Positions 1 to 7,671 of a stretch of DNA of 16,879 nucleotides are shown piece after piece. Under the pieces are notes generated by a model. The model was given only the letters and a program-made list of their open reading frames with translations, ran no database searches and had not been told where the DNA came from. This stretch comes from an uncultured Pseudomonadota bacterium (GTDB taxonomy: Bacteria > SAR324 > NAC60-12), in assembly GCA_913020725.1 (NCBI GenBank), contig CAJWCD010000083.1, positions 1-16,879 of the forward strand. The letters are read 5' to 3'. Position numbers and translations under genes: made by a program. How positions within the stretch are numbered: the stretch's first letter is position 1; each line of letters starts with the position of its first letter.

Positions 1-1184
1 AGCGAAGGCATGAGGAAAAAATCAGACCCCGCCTCGATGAGGTGGGCGAGCGGGTCGTTATAGCCGTGAAGCCAGCCCAGCCGTCCGGGATGGCTTGCTG
101 CCAGTCGGTCCAGTGCTTGCCGGAGGTGCTCGTCGCCGCTGCCCAGCAGCAGCACCTGAAACTCAGGAAGCGCAGCGGACGCCAACCACTGCTCCAAGGC
201 CGGAAGCAGGTAGCCAAAACCTTTCTGTTCCGTGAGTCGGCTCACCATGCCAAAAAGCGGCACCTCCGGTTTTTCCGGAAGCCTAAAGCGCTGTTGCAAC
301 GCTGCTTTGCAGGCTCGTTTTCCGGAGCGGTCCTTGAGGGAGTAGTTCGTGGGCAGGTGCGGGTCGGTTTCCGGATTCCAACTCGACTCATCGACACCGT
401 TAAGAATGCCTGCCAAATCCGCCTGCCGACGCTGAAAATGGACGTGCAAGCCATGTCCACCCAGGGGTGTGAGCAATTCCTCCGCGTAACCCGGACTCAC
501 CGCGTTGAGTTTGTCGGCAAGGGCGATTCCGCCCTTGAGCAGATTGAGCTGCCCGTGTTCCTCGAAGACCTCCTGATTCCGGAACTCCGCCGGAATGCCC
601 AGCGCAGCAGCCTGACTCATGGGAGCGTGCCCCTGATACCCGGCGTTGTGCAGGGTCAGCACACTGCGAGTCTTGCGCCAGCGAGCATCTGAGTCACGTC
701 GCTGCCGCAGGTACAGCGCACCGGTGGCGGTGTGCCAGTCGTGCAAGTGCAGGATGTCCGGAATCCAGCCCTGCGCCTCGCACCACGCCAGTCCTGCCGC
801 TGCGAGAAAACCGAATCGGAGAGCGTTGTCGAGGTAGGCACTCCCCCCCTCATCGTAAAAACCCGGACGCTGGAAGAACTCCTGATGCTCCAAGAAATGA
901 AGAGCCACGCTGGCGTCTGCTCCGGAACCTCCGGAAACGAGCGTGGTGCCCCAGACTTTTCCGGCAAGCAGGCGTCCGCCTAGAGACACAGCCAACGTGG
1001 GCTGCACGACCGTGAAATCCTCTTGCCCAGACACGGAGGCGTAGAGCGGAGTGAGGATGCGGACCTCGTGTCCGAGCGCGGCGAGCGCAAGCGGCAGGGC
1101 GTGGCAGACATCGGCGAGTCCGCCTGTTTTTGAGAAACCCGCGACCTCGCTGCACACGAAGGCCACACGCAACGGCTTACTCAA
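1..1184 (-). CDS. glgA: Glycogen synthase (GT5), 3'-partial; runs off the left edge
   Basis: Manual translation of the minus frame absent from the ORF track: TTG at 1184 (AAAGGA upstream, 8-nt overlap with the glgC end), open to base 1. Reads MSKPLRVAFVCSEVAGFSKTGGLADV...PDILHLHDWHT...TLHNAGYQG...GILNGVD...MVSRLTEQKG...IEAGSDFFLMPS. KTGGL, HDWH, SRLxxQKG and MPS are GlgA motifs. Confidence 0.96.
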   Translation of the reverse strand, partial: MSKPLRVAFVCSEVAGFSKTGGLADVCHALPLALAALGHEVRILTPLYASVSGQEDFTVVQPTLAVSLGGRLLAGKVWGTTLVSGGSGADASVALHFLEHQEFFQRPGFYDEGGSAYLDNALRFGFLAAAGLAWCEAQGWIPDILHLHDWHTATGALYLRQRRDSDARWRKTRSVLTLHNAGYQGHAPMSQAAALGIPAEFRNQEVFEEHGQLNLLKGGIALADKLNAVSPGYAEELLTPLGGHGLHVHFQRRQADLAGILNGVDESSWNPETDPHLPTNYSLKDRSGKRACKAALQQRFRLPEKPEVPLFGMVSRLTEQKGFGYLLPALEQWLASAALPEFQVLLLGSGDEHLRQALDRLAASHPGRLGWLHGYNDPLAHLIEAGSDFFLMPS

Positions 1185-2403
1185 CGACGGTTCCTTTGGG
1201 GATCACAACAATTCCACCCTCAGAGACATGGAAGCGTTTCCGGTCTTTTCCCAGATCAAAACCGATCTCCGCTCCGGGCGCGACGCGCACATCTTTGTCG
1301 AGAATCGCCCGCCGGATTTTCGTGCCGCGTCCGATGTCGACACGATCCATGATCACCGATTCCTGCAAGTGACAGAAGCTGTGGACGTGGACACTGTAGC
1401 CAATCACGGACTGCTCCACGAGCGAACCGCTGATGATACTCCCGGAACTGACGATGGAGTTGATGGCATGTCCGGTGCGCAGGTCGCTGAAGTGGACGAA
1501 CTTCGCGGGCGGTAGCGGCGGGTGGTAGGTGTAAACCGGCCAATGCTCATTGTAGAGATTGAACTCCGGGTCGATGCCAACCAAATCCATGCTCGATTCC
1601 CAGTAGGCGTCGAGGGTGCCCACATCACGCCAATAGCCCTTCTCATGCGGCCGCACTCCCGGAATGTGGTTGCGGGCAAAGTCATAGACGAAGACCCTGC
1701 CTTCCGGATACAGCTTCGGGATGATGTCGTGTCCAAAATCGTGATTGCTGTCCTCGCGAGCAGCGTCCGCCCGTAGTTCCCGGACGAGTGTGTCGCACTG
1801 GAAAATGTAGTTGCCCATCGAGGCCAGCACCCGATCCGGATTGCCTGGAATCGTGGGTGGGTTGGACTTGGGTTTTTCGACGAAACCGACCATACGCCAA
1901 TTGTCGTCAACCTCGATGACTCCAAACTGAGCAGCCTCCTCAACGGGCACCGGAATCGCCGCCACGGTCAATTCTGCGCTGTTGCGGTTGTGAAAGCTGA
2001 GCATCTGGCGGATGTCCATGCGGTAAATGTGGTCGCCACCAAACACGCAGACCTGCTCCGGGCGGAGGTCTTCGATGAGGTTCATATTCTGGAAGATCGC
2101 ATCGGCGGTGCCCTCGTACCAACGCTTGCCGGTGCGCATCTGTGCGGGAATGGGATCCACATAGTGATCCAGCACTCCGGACACCCGCCAGCCTTGCCGC
2201 AAGTGTTGCATGAGTGAGTGCGACATGAACTGCGTGAGCACGAAAATCCGGTGCAACCCGGAGTTGACGAAGTTGCTCAGCACAAAGTCGGCGATCCGGT
2301 AATTGCCACCGTAGGGGACAGAGGGCTTGGCCCGCTCATGCGTGAGCGGCGCAAGGCGAGTGCCTTCGCCTCCGGCAAGAATCATGGATAACACTGGAAT
2401 CAT
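1177..2403 (-). CDS. glgC: Glucose-1-phosphate adenylyltransferase (ADP-glucose pyrophosphorylase)
   Basis: ILAGGEGTRLAPLT..RAKPSVPYGG, WYEGTADAI, GGDHIYRMD, FVEKP, ASMGNYIF and YWRDVGT motifs, plus a hexapeptide-repeat C-terminus. AAGGAG RBS 4 nt upstream of the ATG. Coupled to glgA. Confidence 0.97.
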   Translation of the reverse strand: MIPVLSMILAGGEGTRLAPLTHERAKPSVPYGGNYRIADFVLSNFVNSGLHRIFVLTQFMSHSLMQHLRQGWRVSGVLDHYVDPIPAQMRTGKRWYEGTADAIFQNMNLIEDLRPEQVCVFGGDHIYRMDIRQMLSFHNRNSAELTVAAIPVPVEEAAQFGVIEVDDNWRMVGFVEKPKSNPPTIPGNPDRVLASMGNYIFQCDTLVRELRADAAREDSNHDFGHDIIPKLYPEGRVFVYDFARNHIPGVRPHEKGYWRDVGTLDAYWESSMDLVGIDPEFNLYNEHWPVYTYHPPLPPAKFVHFSDLRTGHAINSIVSSGSIISGSLVEQSVIGYSVHVHSFCHLQESVIMDRVDIGRGTKIRRAILDKDVRVAPGAEIGFDLGKDRKRFHVSEGGIVVIPKGTVVE

Positions 2404-2480
2404 GCGGCTCCTTGAGTTGGGACGTGTGATCGGTGGCCGGTTTTTCTGCCTTTTGCCTGCTTTCTAGCTTTGAGCGCATT

Positions 2481-2503
2481 TCGCGGGTATGGCCCGCGCC
2501 TAC
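2481..2503 (-). repeat. GTAG-type REP-like palindrome
   Basis: Minus strand reads GTAG-G-CGCGGG-CCATA-CCCGCG-A: a GTAG tetranucleotide followed by a perfect 6-bp GC stem, the architecture of GTAG-family REPs. Single copy in the window. Confidence 0.5.
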
Positions 2504-2531
2504 GACTCCTGACTCCTGAGTTCTAACTTCT
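2504..2531. repeat. Degenerate heptamer tandem repeat
   Basis: GACTCCT GACTCCT GAGTTCT AACTTCT. Other degenerate 7-mer runs flank it (TTCTGCC TTTTGCC at 2444-2457; GCCTAC/GCCTAA units at 2536-2566). Confidence 0.55.
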
Positions 2532-2629
2532 TTCAGCCTACCACGCCTACCGCCTAAACTCCTAAATCTGTTGTCCACACTCCGGATGTGCTATGCTGGC
2601 ATATCCAGCACGCTTCCTCCGAATTCAAG

Positions 2630-3955
2630 ATGCCTGCGCCCCACCCGATTAAGACACTTGGCCCCTGCCGGGTTGCCTCCCCCCTGCCGCTCAACCGCGA
2701 TCCCAAGGCTCGGGACTTTCGTTTTGTCGAGGACGGCAGCGTGGTTTTGCACAGCGTCCGCGAGGCGCTGGGCACTGCCGAGCCGTCTCCGCCCTTTCAG
2801 ATGGCTGGTCCTTGCGCTGACATTTTCTTCGACCCACCCAAAGTGCATGTGGGCATCGTCACCTGCGGCGGGCTGTGTCCCGGCATCAACAATGTCATCC
2901 GCACGCTGGTGATGCAACTCCACCACAACTACGGGGTGCGCAACATCCACGGCTTCCGCTACGGTTTTCAGGGTTTCATCCCCAAGTACGGACATGAGGT
3001 ACGCAACCTGACCCCGGAATCCGTCAAGAACGCCCACAACCTCGGAGGCAGCATCCTCTCCAGTTCGCGGGGGCCGCAGGAAATCAGCGAAATCGTGGAC
3101 TGCCTCGACCACAACAGCATCCGTGTGCTCTTCGTGATTGGCGGGGACGGCACCCTGCGCGGAGCGCACAGCATCGCTGAGGAGGTCGAGGAACGCGGGC
3201 TCAAAATCGCAGTGGTCGGCATCCCAAAGACGATTGACAACGATATCCCCTTCTGCGTGAAAACCTTTGGTTTCGAGACGGCCTTTTCCAAGGCGATAGA
3301 AGCGGTGCAGTCCGCGCACTCGGAAGCTTATGGCAACCACAACGGCATTGTCATCATCAAGCTGATGGGGCGCGATTCCGGATTCATCGCCGCGAACACC
3401 TCGCTCGCCTGCCCCGATGTCAACTTCGTGTTGGTTCCGGAAGTGCCCTTCACGCTCAAGGGCGAACGCGGGCTGCTGAAATCGCTGGAGCAGGTGATGA
3501 AGAAAAAACGCTTGGAGGGGCGCCATCCGCACTCCGTGATTGTGGTGGCCGAAGGCGTGGGGCAGGACTTGATGGGCAACACGGGCGAAGAGCGCGATGC
3601 CTCCGGAAACGTGCGCTATCGGGACATTGGGGAATTTCTCAAGCACGAGATCAAGCAGCACTTCGCGGAGAGCGATCCGGTCAACGTCAAGGTGATCGAA
3701 CCGAGCTACCTGATCCGCTCGCTGCCCGCCAACGCGCACGACGCGGTGTTCTGCTATTACCTTGCTGACCACGCGGTTCATGCTGGAATGTCCGGAAAGA
3801 CCGACCTGATGATCGGCTACTGGAACGGCCACTTCACGCATGTCCCGCTCGCTCTCGTTGCGCAGCACACCAAGCGCATTGATCCCAACAGCGACTTCTG
3901 GCGGCTCGTGCTCTTTTCCACCGGACAACCCCGCGACATGTGCTCCCCGGAGTAA
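2630..3955 (+). CDS. pfkA: 6-phosphofructokinase, PfkA superfamily group II 'clade X' type, probably ATP-dependent
   Basis: TCGGLCPG, GGDGTLRG, PKTIDND, KLMGRDSGFIA and PSYLIRS motifs. GGDG together with PKTIDND is the signature of trypanosomatid/plant/spirochaete-type ATP-PFKs. ATG 2630 preferred over GTG 2588. Confidence 0.92.
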   Translation: MPAPHPIKTLGPCRVASPLPLNRDPKARDFRFVEDGSVVLHSVREALGTAEPSPPFQMAGPCADIFFDPPKVHVGIVTCGGLCPGINNVIRTLVMQLHHNYGVRNIHGFRYGFQGFIPKYGHEVRNLTPESVKNAHNLGGSILSSSRGPQEISEIVDCLDHNSIRVLFVIGGDGTLRGAHSIAEEVEERGLKIAVVGIPKTIDNDIPFCVKTFGFETAFSKAIEAVQSAHSEAYGNHNGIVIIKLMGRDSGFIAANTSLACPDVNFVLVPEVPFTLKGERGLLKSLEQVMKKKRLEGRHPHSVIVVAEGVGQDLMGNTGEERDASGNVRYRDIGEFLKHEIKQHFAESDPVNVKVIEPSYLIRSLPANAHDAVFCYYLADHAVHAGMSGKTDLMIGYWNGHFTHVPLALVAQHTKRIDPNSDFWRLVLFSTGQPRDMCSPE

Positions 3956-3988
3956 AGATGAGGGCTTGCGGTTTTTCTTTCCAAATTG

Positions 3989-5227
3989 ATGCCCATCACC
4001 AGCCATCCTGACGAAGCCCGCACCTTGATTCACTCTGGGGGTGCTGATGCCCTTGACCAGTGGATGTCTGGGTTGGTGAAACAGGAGTTGTTGCCTTTCG
4101 CCATGACCGTGATTGTGCGCCCGGATGGCATCGGTTACTGGCGCTGGTGCGGCTTTGCCAATCCTGCCCAAGGACTTCCCCCTGCTCCGGACACGCTGTT
4201 GCGGGTCTATTCGATGACCAAACCCGTGACGGCGCTGACTGCCCTGCTGCTGGAGGAGCAGGGCTTGCTCGACCTACTGGCTCCAGTGGAAACCTTGATT
4301 CCGGAGTTGGCCAACTGGCGGGCGCTGAACCATCCCACAGCCGAGTTACAGGACTGCACTCTACTGGGATCCGGCCCCACGCTTTTGCAGCTGCTGACGC
4401 ACACCTCCGGGATTTCCTACGGTGCTGCAGAGGGTTCGATTTTGGATCAAGCCCTTGCTCAGCAAATGTCCCGGAACTGTTCGCTTGGGGGATTGCTCGA
4501 AACCTTGTCTGAACTGCCGCTTGTCTTTCCTCCGGGGACAGCGTGGCGTTACGGGTATGGTGTGGATTTGGTGGGTATCGCGCTCATGCGAGCCACAGGG
4601 AAACCCTTGGGGCAAGTCATGGACGAGTTGATTTTCCAGCCCCTCGGCATGGGGGACACCGGATTTGAAGTCCTGAGTTCAGAAGCAGGACGCCTCGCCG
4701 CCCTTTTCCAATCGGAAGTGAATGGGTGTTTAACGGAAATCACGGTGGAGCCACCCCTCGGCCCTCGGGTTGGCGGTTCTCGAGGACGTGCAGAGGGAGA
4801 TCACTGGGGAGGTTCCGGATTGGCGTCAACGCCTGCGGACTGGCTGAAATTTGTGGATCTGCTGCGGGCCGCACACTCCGGAAAAGAAACCGCCATCGCA
4901 CGCCCGGAACTTGTGCGGCGCATGGCCACCAATCAACTTCAGGGCGACATTGCCTCGCTGCTCCCTGAAGGCCCGGCAGGATTCCGGGAGTGGATGCCGT
5001 TTGCAGGGCTTGGGATGGGATGCGGCGTCTGGGTGGTGACGGACACGCAACGACTCGACTGGGAGTCCAATCCGGGTGAGTTCGGCTGGGGCGGCATTGC
5101 CAACACCGTTTTCTGGATCGACCCCGTTGCCGATGCCGCTGTGCTGTTCTTCACCCAAGTGATGCCCTCCAGCCGACTCGGCCTCCGGGACGAGTTGCAC
5201 CAACTTGCCGCCAAATGTCTGCGCTGA
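3989..5227 (+). CDS. Serine hydrolase, beta-lactamase-related (class C/EstB-like esterase-amidase fold)
   Basis: SxxK (YSMTKP), LLTHTSG, PG..WRY and GEFGWGG motifs. No signal peptide evident. Substrate unknown. Confidence 0.88.
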   Translation: MPITSHPDEARTLIHSGGADALDQWMSGLVKQELLPFAMTVIVRPDGIGYWRWCGFANPAQGLPPAPDTLLRVYSMTKPVTALTALLLEEQGLLDLLAPVETLIPELANWRALNHPTAELQDCTLLGSGPTLLQLLTHTSGISYGAAEGSILDQALAQQMSRNCSLGGLLETLSELPLVFPPGTAWRYGYGVDLVGIALMRATGKPLGQVMDELIFQPLGMGDTGFEVLSSEAGRLAALFQSEVNGCLTEITVEPPLGPRVGGSRGRAEGDHWGGSGLASTPADWLKFVDLLRAAHSGKETAIARPELVRRMATNQLQGDIASLLPEGPAGFREWMPFAGLGMGCGVWVVTDTQRLDWESNPGEFGWGGIANTVFWIDPVADAAVLFFTQVMPSSRLGLRDELHQLAAKCLR

Positions 5228-5233
5228 ATCTGC

Positions 5234-6544
5234 TCAAAGTTTGACGGGTTCCAGCCCACACCAGTTGGCAACAAAGAGGGCAATCGTGCCCGTCACCCGT
5301 TGAAGTGACGTGAGGCTGACGCGCTCGTCAAAGGCGTGAATGTCGTGGGAAACAGGCCCGTACACGAGGCAGGGGCAGGCGTCATACAACACGAACACAC
5401 GCCCATCGAGATACCCCGGCGTCACAAAGGATTCCAGACTGGAGCCAAAGCTGGCCGCGTGAGCCTGCCCCAGCACTTGCTCTGCGTCACTGCCCTCTTC
5501 CAGTACATAGCCCCGCGCAAAGAATCCGTTGTACTCGACCTCCGGAGGATTTTCGGAGAGAAAGGCATCGCCCAGGCTTTTTTTCTGTAGGCAGGCTTCG
5601 ATTTCCTGTGCGGCATCACGAGGATCAACTCCGGGATAAATTGCCGCCCGTACATCCAGAGTACACCACGCCGGTACCGACGAAGCCCAGTCACCACCCG
5701 CTATTTTGCCGACGTTGATATTGATGGGATGGTCGAGGTCTGCAAAATACCGATGCTCGGTCCGCCGTCTGTTCCACTCTGCTTCCAATTCCTTGAGTGC
5801 TCCCATCAGCGTGTACGCCGCTGCAATCGCGTTAGAACCGCGCCCCGCTTCGCGTACATGAAAGGGGCGTCCACGCACATGCACCCGGAACCAAATCACT
5901 CCGGCATTGGCCCGCACCAGCATGTTCTCTTCCGGCTCTGGAATGAGAGCCGCCTCCGCACGGTAACCACGCAGCAGTGCAGACAGTGCCCCGTTGCCTG
6001 TACATTCCTCTTCGGTCACGGATTGCACATGCACTTTGGCGGACGGTTGGAAACCCAAACTCCGCAGGGCGTCCAGCGCAAAGACGTTCGCGCAGAGTCC
6101 GGCTTTCATGTCCGCCCCACCGCGTCCGTACAGCCAATCGCCGACTATGTATGGATCAAATGGTGGGCGCGTCCACATCTCCAGTGGTCCCGTGGGCACC
6201 ACGTCAATGTGGCCGTTGAGGATCAGCGAACGCCCTTTGGCCGCGGTGGGATGATGGGTGCCGACGACGTTGAGCGCATTTGTGTAATCGACCTTGACGG
6301 GCGAAAAACCTGGATGGTTCTCAATCTCGGCAACGTCAATCGCCCAGCGGTCCATCTCGTAACCCCGCGTTTTCAGGGCATCGTAGAAGACGTTTTGGGC
6401 GGTGTGTTCCTGTCCTCGCAACGAGGGGTGGCGCATCAAGTCCATCGTGAAGCCGAGTTGGGTCTCAAAGCCCGCGGTCACCGCATCGAGGATTTTTTGG
6501 GAAAGGTCGGCGTTAATCGGCCCGGAGGGAGAGTCGTTTGCCAT
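5234..6544 (-). CDS. M20-family ArgE/DapE-like deacylase (acetylornithine deacetylase-like)
   Basis: Metal-binding motifs LILNGHIDVVP, GRGGADMKAG, TEEE and C-terminal IHAFDE. ATG is 2 nt after the upstream stop. Confidence 0.9.
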   Translation of the reverse strand: MANDSPSGPINADLSQKILDAVTAGFETQLGFTMDLMRHPSLRGQEHTAQNVFYDALKTRGYEMDRWAIDVAEIENHPGFSPVKVDYTNALNVVGTHHPTAAKGRSLILNGHIDVVPTGPLEMWTRPPFDPYIVGDWLYGRGGADMKAGLCANVFALDALRSLGFQPSAKVHVQSVTEEECTGNGALSALLRGYRAEAALIPEPEENMLVRANAGVIWFRVHVRGRPFHVREAGRGSNAIAAAYTLMGALKELEAEWNRRRTEHRYFADLDHPININVGKIAGGDWASSVPAWCTLDVRAAIYPGVDPRDAAQEIEACLQKKSLGDAFLSENPPEVEYNGFFARGYVLEEGSDAEQVLGQAHAASFGSSLESFVTPGYLDGRVFVLYDACPCLVYGPVSHDIHAFDERVSLTSLQRVTGTIALFVANWCGLEPVKL

Positions 6545-6546
6545 GT

Positions 6547-7530
6547 CTAGACAGGATCGCGGGAAAGTGCGTGGGTGGAGCAGGACACGCAGCCGCCCCA
6601 GTAGCTCACATGGTCGTACTCAATCTCGATGGGTTCCACACCCCGTTTAGCGAGTTCGTCACAAACCCTTCCCAAGCCGGAAGGAATGATGTAGCGTTGC
6701 GCGTCCAAGCTCACACCGACTGTGGCAAACGCTGTGGCTTCGGCCTCGCTGAGTTCAATCACATCCCATTCCTTGAGGGGTTCCGGAAGTTCGCACAGCA
6801 GTTCTTCCCGATGCAGTAGGAGCAAGCCTTCCCGGATCAGCACCATGATACCGAGCAGGTGCAGGATGGTGCCCTTCATCGGCATTGGATGCACCTCGTA
6901 GCCCAAGGGCGCAACGGTGTTCCGGAGCCATTCGGTTCCGGCGCGGTTTGTCGCAATCTTCGATTCCCCCACAAAAAGATGATGCTTGTAACACACGATG
7001 TCTCCCCCTTCGAGATAAGGTCCGGGGCCGTCGTGTGAGGGCGAAAACGGCAGGGCAGGCGGCATCACGATATGGCGTGTTTCGGGGTCTGCCGCCAACA
7101 GCGGTGCCACGATTTCCCGCAAGGGAAACACTTCCTTGCGGCGATAGGCACGTCGGAGATTCACCTCAAGGTAGGTCTTGCCTACCGTGAATACTGGATC
7201 CGCCGGATAGAGCAAAGAAGCCCCCGGTTGTAACTCCGCCAAATAGCTGCGCTCTTCTTCGGTGTAGGGACGCGGGCGGTAAACCGTGACTCCGTGTTTT
7301 ACGTAAAGCGTGGCGAGGCTGTCCAACTGCTCGACGGTTTTTTCCCAACGCTCCGGCATGGCGGTGCGAATGTCCAATGGCTGATCGCCACAGGCCTTGA
7401 GCGCCGCCTGCACTTCGTCGTTGTAGTGATGCAAAGACGGGTTGAAGGGCGGCAGGGACAGCCCCTCGGCACTGCCGACAATAGCGGCCCGCAACACTCC
7501 GTAATCGGTGTAGGCTCCAAAAGTAGACAT
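6547..7530 (-). CDS. Amidinotransferase/pentein superfamily protein (glycine amidinotransferase-like scaffold) with atypical active-site motifs
   Basis: N-terminus YTDYGVLRAAIVGSAEGLSLPP resembles glycine amidinotransferases. Also LEGGD, TNRAG..WL, catalytic-His motif LHL and C-terminal GGCVSCST with the nucleophilic Cys. ATG 7530 chosen because the 7587 extension translates an intergenic repeat. Confidence 0.85.
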   Translation of the reverse strand: MSTFGAYTDYGVLRAAIVGSAEGLSLPPFNPSLHHYNDEVQAALKACGDQPLDIRTAMPERWEKTVEQLDSLATLYVKHGVTVYRPRPYTEEERSYLAELQPGASLLYPADPVFTVGKTYLEVNLRRAYRRKEVFPLREIVAPLLAADPETRHIVMPPALPFSPSHDGPGPYLEGGDIVCYKHHLFVGESKIATNRAGTEWLRNTVAPLGYEVHPMPMKGTILHLLGIMVLIREGLLLLHREELLCELPEPLKEWDVIELSEAEATAFATVGVSLDAQRYIIPSGLGRVCDELAKRGVEPIEIEYDHVSYWGGCVSCSTHALSRDPV

Positions 7531-7557
7531 TGTGGTTTGTCGAAAGTTTTTTTTACA

Positions 7558-7612
7558 ACAGAGATGCAGAGGGCACAGAGAAAACAATCCTCAGTGTTCT
7601 CCGTGTCTCTGT
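7558..7612. repeat. Imperfect inverted repeat built from CAGAG units (REP-like)
   Basis: Arms ACAGAGATGCAGAGGGCACAGAG (7558-7580) and CTCAGTGTTCTCCGTGTCTCTGT (7590-7612); 17 of 23 positions are Watson-Crick complementary; 9-nt loop. Confidence 0.7.
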
Positions 7613-7619
7613 GATGAAT

Positions 7620-7650
7620 GAAAAGGCGGTAGTCGAAACCGCCGCCTTTG
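7620..7650 (-). terminator. Rho-independent terminator or mRNA-stabilising hairpin after the SBP gene
   Basis: Minus strand GGCGGT-TTCGACT-ACCGCC-TTTTCATT, about 20-50 nt after the SBP stop codon. Confidence 0.7.
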
Positions 7651-7671
7651 GGTGAAAGCAACAGGGTGGGA

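Noticed and set aside
42..692. 216-aa plus ORF and other short ORFs in 1-1170
   Set aside because: The real gene is glgA on the minus strand, in a frame the track omitted.
2441..2566. CRISPR array, tRNA or riboswitch in the intergenic repeats
   Set aside because: No repeat-spacer periodicity, cloverleaf or recognisable aptamer here or elsewhere in the window by eye.
2591..4171. 526-aa minus-strand ORF
   Set aside because: Antisense shadow of pfk with no recognisable motifs; common in GC-rich coding DNA.
3989..5227. Calling either serine hydrolase an antibiotic-resistance beta-lactamase
   Set aside because: No signal peptides, and the motifs fit cytoplasmic esterase/amidase members of the fold.
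5729..6550. 273-aa plus ORF
   Set aside because: Antisense shadow of the M20 deacylase.
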